From Balanoglossus misakiensis (lineage: Eukaryota > Animalia > Hemichordata), in assembly GCA_040954595.2 (NCBI GenBank), contig CM082597.2, positions 2,416,449 through 2,480,448 of the forward strand: a DNA stretch of 64,000 nt, read 5' to 3'. Made by a program: the position numbers and the translations under genes. Position 1 is the first letter of the stretch. Every line of letters begins with the position of its first letter. Shown here one piece after another: positions 1 through 11,013 of the stretch. Below the pieces are notes generated by a model. It ran no database searches and had not been told where the DNA came from. It worked only from the letters and a program-made list of their open reading frames with translations.

Positions 1-888
1 ATTTTTCATGGGTTAACCATCATGGTTTTTGTCGAAAAACCGCGAATTTTCGAGTTGCCGAATTTCGATATTTTCGGCCTTTCTGAACATTTTTCATGGG
101 TTAACCATCATGGTTTTTGTCGAAAAACCGCGAATTTTCGAGTTGCCGAATTTCGAGATTTTCGGCCTTTCTGAACATTTTTCATGGGTTAACCATCATG
201 GTTTTTGTCGAAAAACCGCGAATTTTCGAGTTGCCGAATTTCGAGATTTTCGGCCTTTCTGAACATTTTTCATGGGTTAACCATCATGGTTTTTGTCGAA
301 AAACCGCGAATTTTCGAGTTGCCGAATTTCGAGATTTTCGGCCTTTCTGAACATTTTTCATGGGTTAACCATCATGGTTTTTGTCGAAAAACCACGAATG
401 TTCGAGTTGCCGAATTTCGAGATTTTCGGCCTTTCTGAACATTTTTCATGGGTTAACCATCATGGTTTTTGTCGAAAAACCGCGAATTTTCGAGTTGCCG
501 AATTTCGAGATTTTCGGCCTTTCTGAACATTTTTCATGGGTTAACCGTCATGGTTTTTGTCGAAAAACCGCGAATTTTCGAGTTGCCGAATTTCGAGATT
601 TTCGGCCTTTCTGAACATTTTTCATGGGTTAACCATCATGGTTTTTGTCGAAAAACCGCGAATTTTCGAGTTGCCGAATTTCGAGATTTTCGGCCTTTTT
701 GAACATTTTTCATGGGTTAACCATTATGATTTTTGCTAAAAATGACAAATTTTCGATTTGCCGAATTTTCGTATTTTGGGCATTTTTGAACATTTTTCAT
801 GGGTTAACCATCATGATTTTTTGCAAAAAATGACAAATTTTCGATTTGCCGAATTTTCATATTTTGGGCATTTTTGAACATTTTTCAA
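1..888. repeat. Tandem satellite, 88-bp monomer (about 8 near-identical plus about 2 degenerate copies; runs off the window start)
   Basis: Unit ttttcatgggttaaccatcatggtttttgtcgaaaaaccgcgaattttcgagttgccgaatttcgagattttcggcctttctgaacat. ORF-track starts recur every 88 bp (29, 117, 205 ...). Copies degenerate after about 720. Confidence 0.97.
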
Positions 889-2112
889 ATCCATTACTTG
901 CTGAATTTTCATGATTATGGGATTTTCATGTCATATGCATGGGTTATAGCTCATACACGCTCAAAAAATGTCAAATCCATGACTTCCTGAATTTTCATGA
1001 TTTTGACATTTTCACGTCATATGCATGGGTTATAGCTCATACATGCTTCAAAAATGTCAAATCCTTGACTTCCTAAATTTTCATGATTTTGACATTTTCA
1101 CGTTATATGCATGGGTTATAGCTCATACATGCTCCAAAAATGTCAAATCCATGACTTCCTGAATTGTCATGATTTTGACATTTTCACGTCATTTGCATGG
1201 GTTATAGCTCATACATGCTCTTAAAATGTCAAATTCATGACTTCTTGAATTTTCATGATTTTGACATTTTCATGTCATATGCATGTGTTATAGCTCATAC
1301 ATGCTCCAAAAATGTCAAATCCATGACTTCCTGAATTGTCATGATTTTGACATTTTCATGTCATATGCATGGGTTATAGCTCATACATGCTCCAAAAATG
1401 TCAAATCCATGACTTGCTGAATTTTCATGATTTTGACATTTTCATGTCATATGCATGTGTTATAGCTCATACATGCTCCAAAAATGTCAAATCCATGACT
1501 TCCTGAATTGTCATGATTTTGACATTTTCATGTCATATGCATGGGTTATAGCTCATACATGCTCCAAAAATGTCAAATCCATGACTTCCTGAATTGTCAT
1601 GATTTTGACATTTTCATGTCATATGCATGGGTTATAGCTCATACATGCTCCAAAAATGTCAAATCCATGACTTGCTGAATTTTCATGATTTTGACTTTTT
1701 CATGTCATATGCATGGGTTATAGCTCATACATGCTCGAAAAATGTCAAATCCATGACTACCTGAATTGTCACGATTTTGACATTTTCACGTCATATGCAT
1801 GGGTTATAGCTCATACATGCTCGAAAAATGTCAAATCCATGACTTCCTGAATTGTCATGAGTTTGACATTTTCATGTCATATGCATGGGTTATAGCTCAT
1901 ACACGCTGAAAAAATGTCAAATCCATGCCTTTGTGAATTTTCATGATTTTGACATTTTCATGTCATATGCATGGGTTATAGCTCATACATGCTCCAAAAA
2001 TGTCAAATCCATGACTTCCTGAATTTTCATGATTTTGACATTTTCATGTCATATGCATGGGTTATAGCTCATACACGCTGAAAAAATGTCAAATCCATGC
2101 CTTTGTGAATTT
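889..2112. repeat. Tandem satellite, 86-bp monomer (about 14 copies), internally palindromic
   Basis: Unit ccatgacttcctgaattttcatgattttgacattttcatgtcatatgcatgggttatagctcatacatgctccaaaaatgtcaaat. tgtcaaat recurs at 1141 and 1313 (2 x 86). Confidence 0.96.
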
Positions 2113-2233
2113 TGGTCATTTTAAGTTCATACTATAATCAGCCAAGTTGCCTGTTGCATATAGACTATAGTACGTATTTTGTTTAACTGTTAACAGTGTT
2201 AAACTTACCCTGATTTTGTTATTTTCCTTGCAG

Positions 2234-2279
2234 TGAGCCACGTCAAGGTGAAATCAAGTCAGAGGTCAAACTGAAGTGA
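2234..2279 (+). CDS. Possible terminal exon (..EPRQGEIKSEVKLK*) of a gene beginning upstream of the window
   Basis: Strong acceptor gtttattttccttgcag ending at 2233, followed by a short open frame to TGA. No upstream exon is visible and no homology recognised. Confidence 0.25.
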
Positions 2280-2404
2280 CCTGAACTGGAACCCAAGGAT
2301 AGTGTTCTGGTAATTAGACAGATCATTCTCAATTTCACGCACTCACACCCCTACCATTATGACACTGTCATTAATACAACTGGAGCTACTTTGTGATAAT
2401 TTCA

Positions 2405-2620
2405 AATTATTGAGTATTAAAAGTGCTAAGTGAATCCTGAAAAAATGTCTGAGTTTTTTTAATGAAAATATAGAGTAAAGCGTAAAAAAAAATCTACGTA
2501 TTGAGTATTGAAAGGACTAAGTAAATCCTGAAAAAAATTCTAAGTTTTTTTTTTTTGAAAGTATAGAGTAAAGGGTGAAAAAATGTCTAAGTATTGATTA
2601 CTGAAAAAAATTCTAAGTTT
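2405..2620. repeat. Degenerate AT-rich tandem repeat (about 2.5 copies of a roughly 90-bp unit)
   Basis: tattgagtatt...ctaagt.aatcctgaaaaaa..tct.agttttttt...tatagagtaaag recurs at about 2410, 2500 and partly at 2590. Confidence 0.6.
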
Positions 2621-2699
2621 TGTTCAATACTCTTAACATCACCACAACAAAGACTGTACTTTATTTTAATTTTCATCATTTATTTCATTTTATATAAAA

Positions 2700-3818
2700 T
2701 CATGACAAAACCAAAGTGTTGAAATTTGACTTGTATTCACTAGTTGTTTTACATCTATCCGTAGGAAAACTTGCTGGCCAGCAGAAAGAAGAGTCCGGGC
2801 ATCGACTGTATGATCTGAAAGAAATAAGTAAGAATTAGAGATGGTAAGTATAGAAGGCATTCAATATTTAAGTTTTCTAAGAATAGAGGAGCCCTTTTAA
2901 ACATTTTCTAAGTTATTTTTAAAGATAACTTAGAAAATTTTTAAAAGGGCTCCTCTATACTTCGAAAACTATTATTGAATGCCTTCTATACTTACCTTCT
3001 CTAATTCTTACTGAAAAAAGAGTAAGAATTAGAAGTTAAGCATAAAGGGCATTCAATATTAAAGTTTTCTAAGTTTTAAAAATTTTCTAAGTTTTTTAAT
3101 GTAATTGCCCACTGTCTGCCATCAATGCTTCTGACTGACTGAATCTTAATGAGTAATTGAAATGAGTGACGTACCTTCCCTGCGCCATTGAAGGCCGCAC
3201 ATCCATATCCAGTTGGGCTTGGTGAAACGTTGCACTCACAGCGTCCTAAACAAAAGAAAAGCAAGTTTCATGAATACAAATACATGTACACCACTAAAAC
3301 GTTGACAGAAATAAAAATCTCAAAATTTACATTTATGAATTCAGAGACGCATAAACAGGCAAGTTTTTTTAATTTGATATTTGCACAGTGAAGCAAAGTT
3401 GAACAAATCGTGGGTAGCCGTTTGCACAAAATGAACAACAAGTAACACCACACGTCCGATCGTCCAATTTTCACAACCCCGGTTGTTTTGGCCCGGACAC
3501 CCTAAAGCTTTTCGACACTGGCGCAGTCAATTGGCCCAACTAAAATTGGTTCTAGATCCCGCAAGTACATACGTACCCGTAATATCAAGCGCCACCTGAC
3601 TTATTGTTGCTTAGTTCAGTAAAATTTAAGCGAACGGAGCAGGCATAAGACGAAAGTGCGGTCACGGTGAAGCGAGCGTGTTATCACAATAGGGCTGACA
3701 TGAAAAGGCAGGAGTTGGTGCTTACAAAATGTTCCTGTACAATTTTGCGGGACTTGTTCACAAGATGGAAAAAAACATGACTTACCTCAGTTGATGATAT
3801 CTTCAGCGAACAGAACAT
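2700..3818 (-). CDS. Candidate small 3-exon gene, 72 aa (exons 3818-3786, 3245-3175, 2814-2700), unknown function
   Basis: Canonical donors GTAAGT (3785) and GTACGT (3174), polypyrimidine acceptors (tttgtttag, tttctttcag). The frame stays open across both junctions. Two AATAAA follow the stop (2679-2684, 2660-2665). No domain recognised. Confidence 0.4.
2828..3012. mobile_element. Fold-back / MITE-like long inverted repeat (about 90-bp arms, short spacer)
   Basis: agtaagaattagagatggtaagtatagaaggcattcaata...gaggagcccttttaaa...ttttctaagtta is mirrored by taacttagaaaa...tttaaaagggctcctc...tattgaatgccttctatacttacc.tctctaattcttact. A partial third arm follows at about 3020-3090. Confidence 0.7.
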
Positions 3819-4881
3819 CCAACTTGAAATTTGGAAAATAGGGAAGAAAATTAGAGTTTTTCACTTGGAAAGTCAAAACAAACGTGGACATGAACCGCAT
3901 GACGAACATCTCATTATTCATAATCCGTTGTCTTCGTCATCTATTGATAAATAAATTTAGCCTGGATTGACCATTCACAGACTGCTGAAGCGAAATACTG
4001 TCGATATTGATTAGCATAAATGCATGTTAATTTAGAGCTAGCAGACCGGCTGTGTTCATGCAGGAAAAAAGCCAATCATGAGCTTGCAATCATTCAAATG
4101 AACCAATCCGGGAAACGCAATTAATAATTACAATAAACCTGTCAGGGAAAAAAAAACAATTATGACTATAGAAAACACACCATTATCTGTTTCTCAATTT
4201 ATGCGCGGATCTACCATGTATTGTTTACGACGGTGATACTAGTAATGCTCAAATTTCAACTGTGAAAGCTAAACAAATAAATATCACTGGTGAAAGCTAA
4301 AAATATAAAACGTAGCGCCCCCATGCAGTAGGTGCCGATCGATGCGACAACTTGGGCCGCTATATACATAGCCCGACGCGTACACAGTCAAGTTCGAGTC
4401 TGTTATCCCGTCCGACTAAACGTACAGTTACTTACCCGTCCAGTTCCTGGCCTAGAATTCTGGAGCAAATATATGCAGTAAAAGTAAAAAGCCTTTTCTT
4501 CCAGACTCTTCATCAAAGGATGCATGAAACATTGCGAACAGCGCCCTCCGGGAGTAAATTGATTTTTGAAGTCTCTTCAAATTGGGAGGACATTCTCATA
4601 TAAAAAGAAGAAAACACATGGCATATCGTGTTAACCAGCACAAACACTAAAATTGTGTCAAAATATGTATATATTCAAATATGAACATACCGTTTTAGTA
4701 TTAAATACAGTGAAGAGGATTAGCCTTTACGCACAGGTTGACCAGATGAAATGCACTGGATTACCAAAATGTTTTCCTTGTCAGGTGTTCGATGCACCGG
4801 CTGCTGTTGAGGGCTGGTCCTGCCCAGAACTTATGTCGGGCAACGCATTGATGCTCGAATTGTGAATAATATATTTTAAGA

Positions 4882-4910
4882 ATGATGATGGTGATGATGG
4901 TGATGATGAT

Positions 4911-5008
<98 letters not shown>

Positions 5009-5031
5009 CAGATAGATAGATAGATAGATAG

Positions 5032-5104
<73 letters not shown>
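4882..5104 (+). repeat. Compound microsatellite: (GAT/GGT)n followed by (GATA)n
   Basis: Directly visible. It generates the spurious YLSI-repeat ORFs on the minus strand. Confidence 0.98.
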
Positions 5105-5106
<2 letters not shown>

Positions 5107-5293
5107 TTAATATAATATAACATGGCTGTGTGAGTGAATTTATAAAGTTGACAACAAAAACGTTGAGCGCGCAAGAGTTTATGTTAACACGACCCTGCCC
5201 CGACATTCAATAAAATTCTGCCCCGACCCTCAATCCGTAATATATCACGATTGAACTATGTGACGCAGTGCTGTTGTAGACGACACGCGGAGC

Positions 5294-7182
5294 ATGGCGA
5301 AACACAAAGGTAAGTTATCCTGAGTCTACGTCTAAGGTCTAGTATTCCATGAATGTGTGGGTTTTTGGGGGTACTGAAGGCACTATGGCTGCTTTTATGA
5401 GAGGGCTTTAGCACATTAGTTGGTGTTAAACACTTTTTGAACATTCGAGGGATCATAATATTCAAGCACAGTGATATTTCCATGTTTTCTTTTTTTTTTC
5501 AAAATGCTTTCACAGCTGAATGCACATGCATCAGCTTGTATTCTGGTGTATATTATTATTTTCCGCATCGCTACCTCGTTTTAACCCATGAAAAATGTCG
5601 AAAAATGACAAAACACTAAAACCCGAGAAGTCGAGAAATTTTCAAATTTTGAGAAGTTTCATGGGCTATAGCCCATGAAAAATGTCGAACAAAGACTTCC
5701 TTTTTATTTATTTGGATTTATGTAGGTATTCAACACCGGGGACTCGGAAGATTTTACAGATTGATAATTTTCACAACATGCCTTGTTTTGAGCTACATCA
5801 TCTTGCTGTCGGAATCAAGAGGATACCAGACCCCACTATGGTATGTTGAGACAATAATCAAAGTCATACATGTATACATGTATTACATCATACATTATTC
5901 GACGTTGTACCATTTTGTAAAGGATACATTTCATTTAGTTGAATCTAAGATGAGTAAGCGTTCACAGATTAAATAGTACAGTTAACTGTACAGTTCAAAC
6001 ATGGTAAATTCGTACCCACAACATACCAGGATGGAAATGGCTTATTTGATTCACACTTAATCCCCTGATTTTGGCAAGACACAGTTTTCTTGAATTGATT
6101 TTGCCTGGGTATTTACTGCTGAAAACTAGTACACGCCTAATGGTACTTACATCTATATTCTCGGCAGGAAAACACATCATTTGGCACCACCGGAAGTAAA
6201 CAAGGCCCACACAGTGACAACCGGAAACTCTAGTAGTGAACAACCGGATGCCTGTGTACCACAGAAAGATTTCATATTTATCAAGATCCCCAAAACCGGC
6301 AGTGGTACTCTGTCAAATATTTTATACACGCATGGCATGGAGAATAACCTCGTCGCGGCCATCGCTCCCAAGACGCGCTATTTTATTCACAGGAATGAAT
6401 CGGCTGATCCCAGAATGCAGTTGGAGGTCATGCGTTACAACTGCGGTACTTTCCCCGGATACAACTACATGGCAAGTCACGTGATATACAACAGGAGAGC
6501 CATGAGGGCGCTGATCCCCGGGGCGAAACTCTTCACCCTCATCCGAAACCCATACGCTCACGCACGATCGTGGTTCTATTCAGGAAGGCAGTATACCAAA
6601 ACCTCTAAACAACAGACCTTTGAAGCATTCATGCTTGATTACTATTCAAGCAACCAATACAACGCGACTAATAAATGCCAGAAAGGCCAATTTCCAGCTC
6701 AATCACGATATTTCGATATCCGCGGCAATAATTGCCCCGACTTCACTTCTTTGACTTTGGCTTTCGAGAGATTAGACAGAGAGTTAGACCTAGTATTAAT
6801 CAACGAATATTATGACGAGTCGTTGGTTTTGTTGAAGAAACTTATGTGTTGGAGTGACACTGATCTCGCCTATAAGTTAGCCAATTTCCACCCATACAAA
6901 CGGGAAACACCAGATGTGAAAATTCAAGAAATTATAAGGAAGACGAACGTGGTTGACATGCAGCTATATGATCATTTCAACCGATCGTTATGGAGCAAAA
7001 TACATCAATATGGCGGTAACTTTGACGAAGACCTGGCACGATTCCGCCGTGTGAAAAACGAAACACTTACGAAGTGCATGATGGAGACACTTCAATCGGA
7101 TTATTGCAAACATTTGACGAAATGGGGAACCCGGGAACTTAGATGGAGAATATACACAGATCAATTAAAGTTTGATTGTTGA
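5294..7182 (+). CDS. Galactose-3-O-sulfotransferase-like (GAL3ST family) type II Golgi protein; exons 5294-5309, 5726-5840, 6168-7182
   Basis: Spliced N-terminus MAKHKGIQHRGLGRFYRLIIFTTCLVLSYIILL (basic tail plus TM anchor) joins in frame through phase-1 and phase-2 GT-AG introns. The catalytic exon has the 5'-PSB FIKIPKTGSGT, the 3'-PB LIRNP..S, and the GAL3ST signatures LVLINEYYDESLVLLKKLMCW and DMQLYDHFNRSLW. Confidence 0.9.
5578..5690 (-). repeat. Isolated inverted, degenerate satellite-related segment in intron 1 of the sulfotransferase
   Basis: Its reverse complement contains acatttttcatgggttaa (as in the 88-mer). It also holds the perfect 24-bp palindrome tttcatgggctatagcccatgaaa (5657-5680), which resembles the 86-mer core catgggttatagctcat. 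Confidence 0.7.
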
Positions 7183-8120
7183 TAACTTGGTAGGTATTTA
7201 CTTATATATCTAGCTATATATTAATTAATTACTATATTTTTCATTTATTAAGCAATAAGTATGTATGTGCATATGTATGTGTGTGAGTGTGTGTGCGTGT
7301 TATGGCGGCAAGGCTATAACCGTGTCATCGGTCCGAGTATAGAACGTCCCGTAACACAATGCTTTTGCCAAGGTCTCACCTTTTTGCAACTTTTACTATT
7401 CCAATCCTAGTGACCGCGTGACAACAACTGTAGTGTTCCTTGAACTCCCAGCAAACAATTGTACACCAAGGGAAGGTTCTGCAGTCTTTTTTTTTCACTG
7501 AGAGATAACAAGGCCATTTGCCAAAACACCCATTCATTAATGGCCTTCGTTATGGTATGGGCCATCACCAGCCTTGCCTTTGAGGACATAATCCCTTTCA
7601 CCCCAGTTCCGTCTTTAGAGGTCCAACCCTACCATAGAAAACAATAGGTTTGGACTGAACCATGGCGGTGAAGGGGTGAACAGAGCAGCTCGAGGCACAG
7701 AGAAAGTAATATAAGCTAGTAGTTATTCCGCATCAGTCAGATAAACACACTGCGTGTTCGTCAGGTGAGTCAACCTCACTGATAATAAGGGTGAGTATTT
7801 ATCCTGTTACCATGTTACACAGTAAAATGGACGGGGGAGTAAAAGATAGCCATTAACGCAGTCTGTGTATAATCATAACGATGGCTAGAAATACACCCTA
7901 AGTTAGACAGCTTAACAAAAGCAGGTGTCGTACTTAGATCTCTGACGAGTCCCATGTGTTATTGATTAAGCGGCTGGTGAAATTTGTTATGTTGCTGTCA
8001 GAATCATTTCACATGCCACACATAAAGTTAAACCAAAATAAATTATCATTCCACACAAAAGGTAACCAACAACATTTTCTTTCACTCGAAGGAATATCCT
8101 CTTCTCCTTTGGGGAAAAAA

Positions 8121-8984
8121 ATGATGGCGAGACTGTTACCATTTGCAAAGACAGCAAATTTACTCCAACAACTGAAATCGTGGCAACCGATGTGTAACCC
8201 TGCCTACCATCTGATCAAGAACAGTCACGTGACTCACAATGCCTGGCCGCGCGTGGAGGTGTACACAGATACGGATGAATATGCAGACCTTGGTACGATG
8301 GTATGTGTCAACAAACACTATTATGATCCTCCTTTCGACAGAACATATTTCGTATACTCAGACAAGACGGAGGCACTGAACTGGTTTTTGGTTCAACAGG
8401 GAATAGTGGACTGGACAAAGCCTGAACTCATGTTTGAAGCCATCCCCGAAAGGCTGGTCCCAACAATTGAAAGGGTGTGTCAGCAGAAAGGATACCGGCT
8501 GAAATTTAAAGATTTTTGTCACTTTTACACACATCAATTACACATTGTAAATTCGTATCGCGAAAACTTACATGCGCTGCCCAATGGGCTTAAGTTCGGA
8601 CCACAGCTGAAGCCAGAACATGCTCCTTTGTTAAGAAGCTACTGGCATTCGGCCAGTGCAACACCAACCCCAGCATTTGAAAAGATTCTGCAATACCGGA
8701 GCAGTTCAGCAATATATGATGACCCTGATAACAAGCCAGTCGCTTGGATAGTGCACAAAGAATATGGTGATTTAGGTTATGGCTATTGTAACCCAAGACA
8801 CCGAGGAAAAAGTTTGTTTATACATCTGTATTCAAAGCTTATTCAGGAGCTAGATGTGAACATCAAAGATGATATACTATATGGTATTATTCCGACTGAA
8901 TCTAATGACTTGGCTCGTAAACTTTTGCTTGTGAAATGTACGGAGGAGAAGTTTTCATGGATAATATTTCGAAAGATAAAGTAG
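8121..8984 (+). CDS. Glycine N-acyltransferase-like protein (GLYAT-like N domain plus FR47-like GNAT C domain)
   Basis: Motifs LKPEHAPLLRSYW, SSAIYD..KPVAWI and GYGYCNPRHRGKSL (acyl-CoA-binding motif A). The likely start is ATG 8121, after an acceptor at about 8091. The GTG start at 7956 in the ORF track is probably intronic. Confidence 0.8.
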   Translation: MMARLLPFAKTANLLQQLKSWQPMCNPAYHLIKNSHVTHNAWPRVEVYTDTDEYADLGTMVCVNKHYYDPPFDRTYFVYSDKTEALNWFLVQQGIVDWTKPELMFEAIPERLVPTIERVCQQKGYRLKFKDFCHFYTHQLHIVNSYRENLHALPNGLKFGPQLKPEHAPLLRSYWHSASATPTPAFEKILQYRSSSAIYDDPDNKPVAWIVHKEYGDLGYGYCNPRHRGKSLFIHLYSKLIQELDVNIKDDILYGIIPTESNDLARKLLLVKCTEEKFSWIIFRKIK

Positions 8985-9198
8985 TTGTTCCCAAACAGTG
9001 GTTACAAGAATCCGCTGGGATGGCACTAATTAAAACAAGTCACATAAACACACTGGCCTATTGATCTAAGATGATTGTTTATTAAGTAACATAGGTGCCC
9101 TGTTGTTTACAGTGCAGTGTATTGCAAACTCAGTGTCTCTTGACATTTGTACCTTTGCCAATGAAAGTCTAGCGAATCCTTTCATACAGTATCCCGTA

Positions 9199-10567
9199 TC
9201 AATTGATCAAATAGCGTCTAAACAGGACGACAAAATCAATTCATAGTTGGATTGAACAATTTTATGATCTTGACTTTATCTTAATTTATAGAACCCGTCG
9301 CATTGCATTTCAAGTATATTAATGCATTTGGGTACTATTCAATTTCCGTGAAAATTACGATGCTAAATTTTATTAATGATTTTCAATATTTCGACAAGGA
9401 TTTCGTTGGCTAGGAGATACATTGATGTCATAACTGCTCTGTTGAAGCGAACGAGAAGGGAAACAGCGCCACCATGTTGGTTCTATTGTCCAGTATCTAT
9501 CCTAAAAAGGCAGCCCTGGAGAAATAAAAAAAAAACACGACCGTTCAGTCTCCGCCCTTTCGATTGGGTGTTATTTTTAATCAAACACGTCGTGTTACGC
9601 ACAACGTTGCAAATTTTGATACCAATTTGATACAGAAATCCTTGTGTTTGCTTCCACTTATGAGTCATTCTGGATAGTCACGACTAACATAAATATGTGT
9701 TCAGAAATTGCAACAGTCATTTTTGTGAAACATCTACTTACTCCGGCATACAGACTCTTGGGGAATTGCATCTATCACAATACATTTGAATGGACTCCAT
9801 GTAACACACTGTGAAAATGATTAATGGCAAATGTTAGTGTCGTCTGCTGGTTCCCCTGCATCGACATCTCTTTCTAATCTGTTTCTATAGTGTGTCGGAG
9901 ATCAAGAAAGTCCAGCAAATTGGGTGAAAATAAAGGACAAAACTAAAGTCTACTTATACGGTGCGCATGAAATATGGAAGCGAAGGCAGTCCACCATTTG
10001 AATACGCCCAACACAAAATTTGGAGAACGTTTTGATTGGACATAATGTTCGTATATACGAAATTGTAACGCACATGCGCATACGATGAACGTCGGCATTT
10101 AATGTACTGTAACACTAGGTTTAGTACGTCATGCACAATGAAACAAAAGGCGAGATAATAGGTCGTAAAATGTAGTATGATTTGAACAATTTCACTACTA
10201 TTTTTATCGACAGACGTTTTATTTGAGTAACACAGTGCATTTTCATTAAACGCATGGCGTACTTCAACCATGGGCTCCCGACGTGAATACAAGCTTTTGT
10301 CAACAAAAAAACGAACAAAAAAATTTGGAAAGCCAGTTTTCTTTTCTTAACGATGTCCTGTTTGAGATTCGACAAATTTTATCCATACATATTCTAGAAA
10401 TTATTAAGAAAACAACTGTTTAACTTACGGTCTTCGATCGATGCTCGCTTGCCTTTAGACCACGCCTCTCGCTTGCCATCTGAGTCAAGCCATGACGCAT
10501 CAGTTTGCAAGACTGACAACATAGCCATCATCACAATCAATCCAAGGATGAAGCATTTGGAGCTCAT
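9199..10567 (-). CDS. Secreted peptide precursor B, 74 aa: signal peptide, SWLDSD-GKR, EAWSK-GKR, 4-Cys C-terminal module; coding exons 10567-10429, 9808-9742, 9217-9199
   Basis: Manual translation MSSKCFILGLIVMMAMLSVLQTDA-SWLDSDGKR-EAWSKGKR-ASIEDLCYMESIQMYCDRCNSPRVCMPERYLIN*. GTAAGT donors at 10428 and 9741. Same intron phases and same 67-nt Cys exon as the paralog at 12.2-12.9 kb. AATAAA at 9078-9083. The last exon is the least certain part. Confidence 0.85.
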
Positions 10568-10909
10568 TGTCACGTTTGTTTAGTCCTGCGTAAGGAAATG
10601 AGGTCCTATGATTTGAAACCAAACGTTCAGCCTGGACAACATGATTCCTGGCTTTGTACAATGATAACAGTAGGGTTCGATAGGTACTTTTTCCCATCAG
10701 TGGTTCTTTTTTTTAAACCGGAAGGATTAAATTTATGCAACCACCTCTAAATAACAGAAAATATAACCAGATGTAGAAAAGTTTGTACGATGCTAACTTC
10801 AAAGATAAAACTCAGTAGATGGTTTAAATTTTGGTTCTATCAAGATCTCAACCAAGAAATGCCAAGTTTACGTAGATGTGATACGGTAAAAATAACCCAA
10901 GCTACCTAC

Positions 10910-11013
10910 CTTAGAAGAAGACGAGAATGGGAAATGGTGTGATCTGAACAAGACGAACCTGTGGCTGCAGTTCAACTGTAATGTTCAGTTCGGTTCGGAG
11001 CTTCATTTATATA
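10910..11013 (-). promoter_or_regulatory. TATA box and non-coding exon 1 of precursor B
   Basis: TATATAAA (reverse complement of 11006-11013), then a roughly 70-nt exon ending at donor aag|GTAGGT (10910/10909). Exon-2 acceptor ccttacgcag at 10586. Confidence 0.7.

Noticed and set aside
29-833. Eight overlapping 60-77 aa ORFs; superficially CRISPR-like periodicity
   Set aside because: Artefacts of the 88-bp satellite. There are no unique spacers or cas genes, and the DNA is eukaryotic.
4761-5206. ORFs with YLSI repeats
   Set aside because: Translation of the (GATA)n microsatellite.
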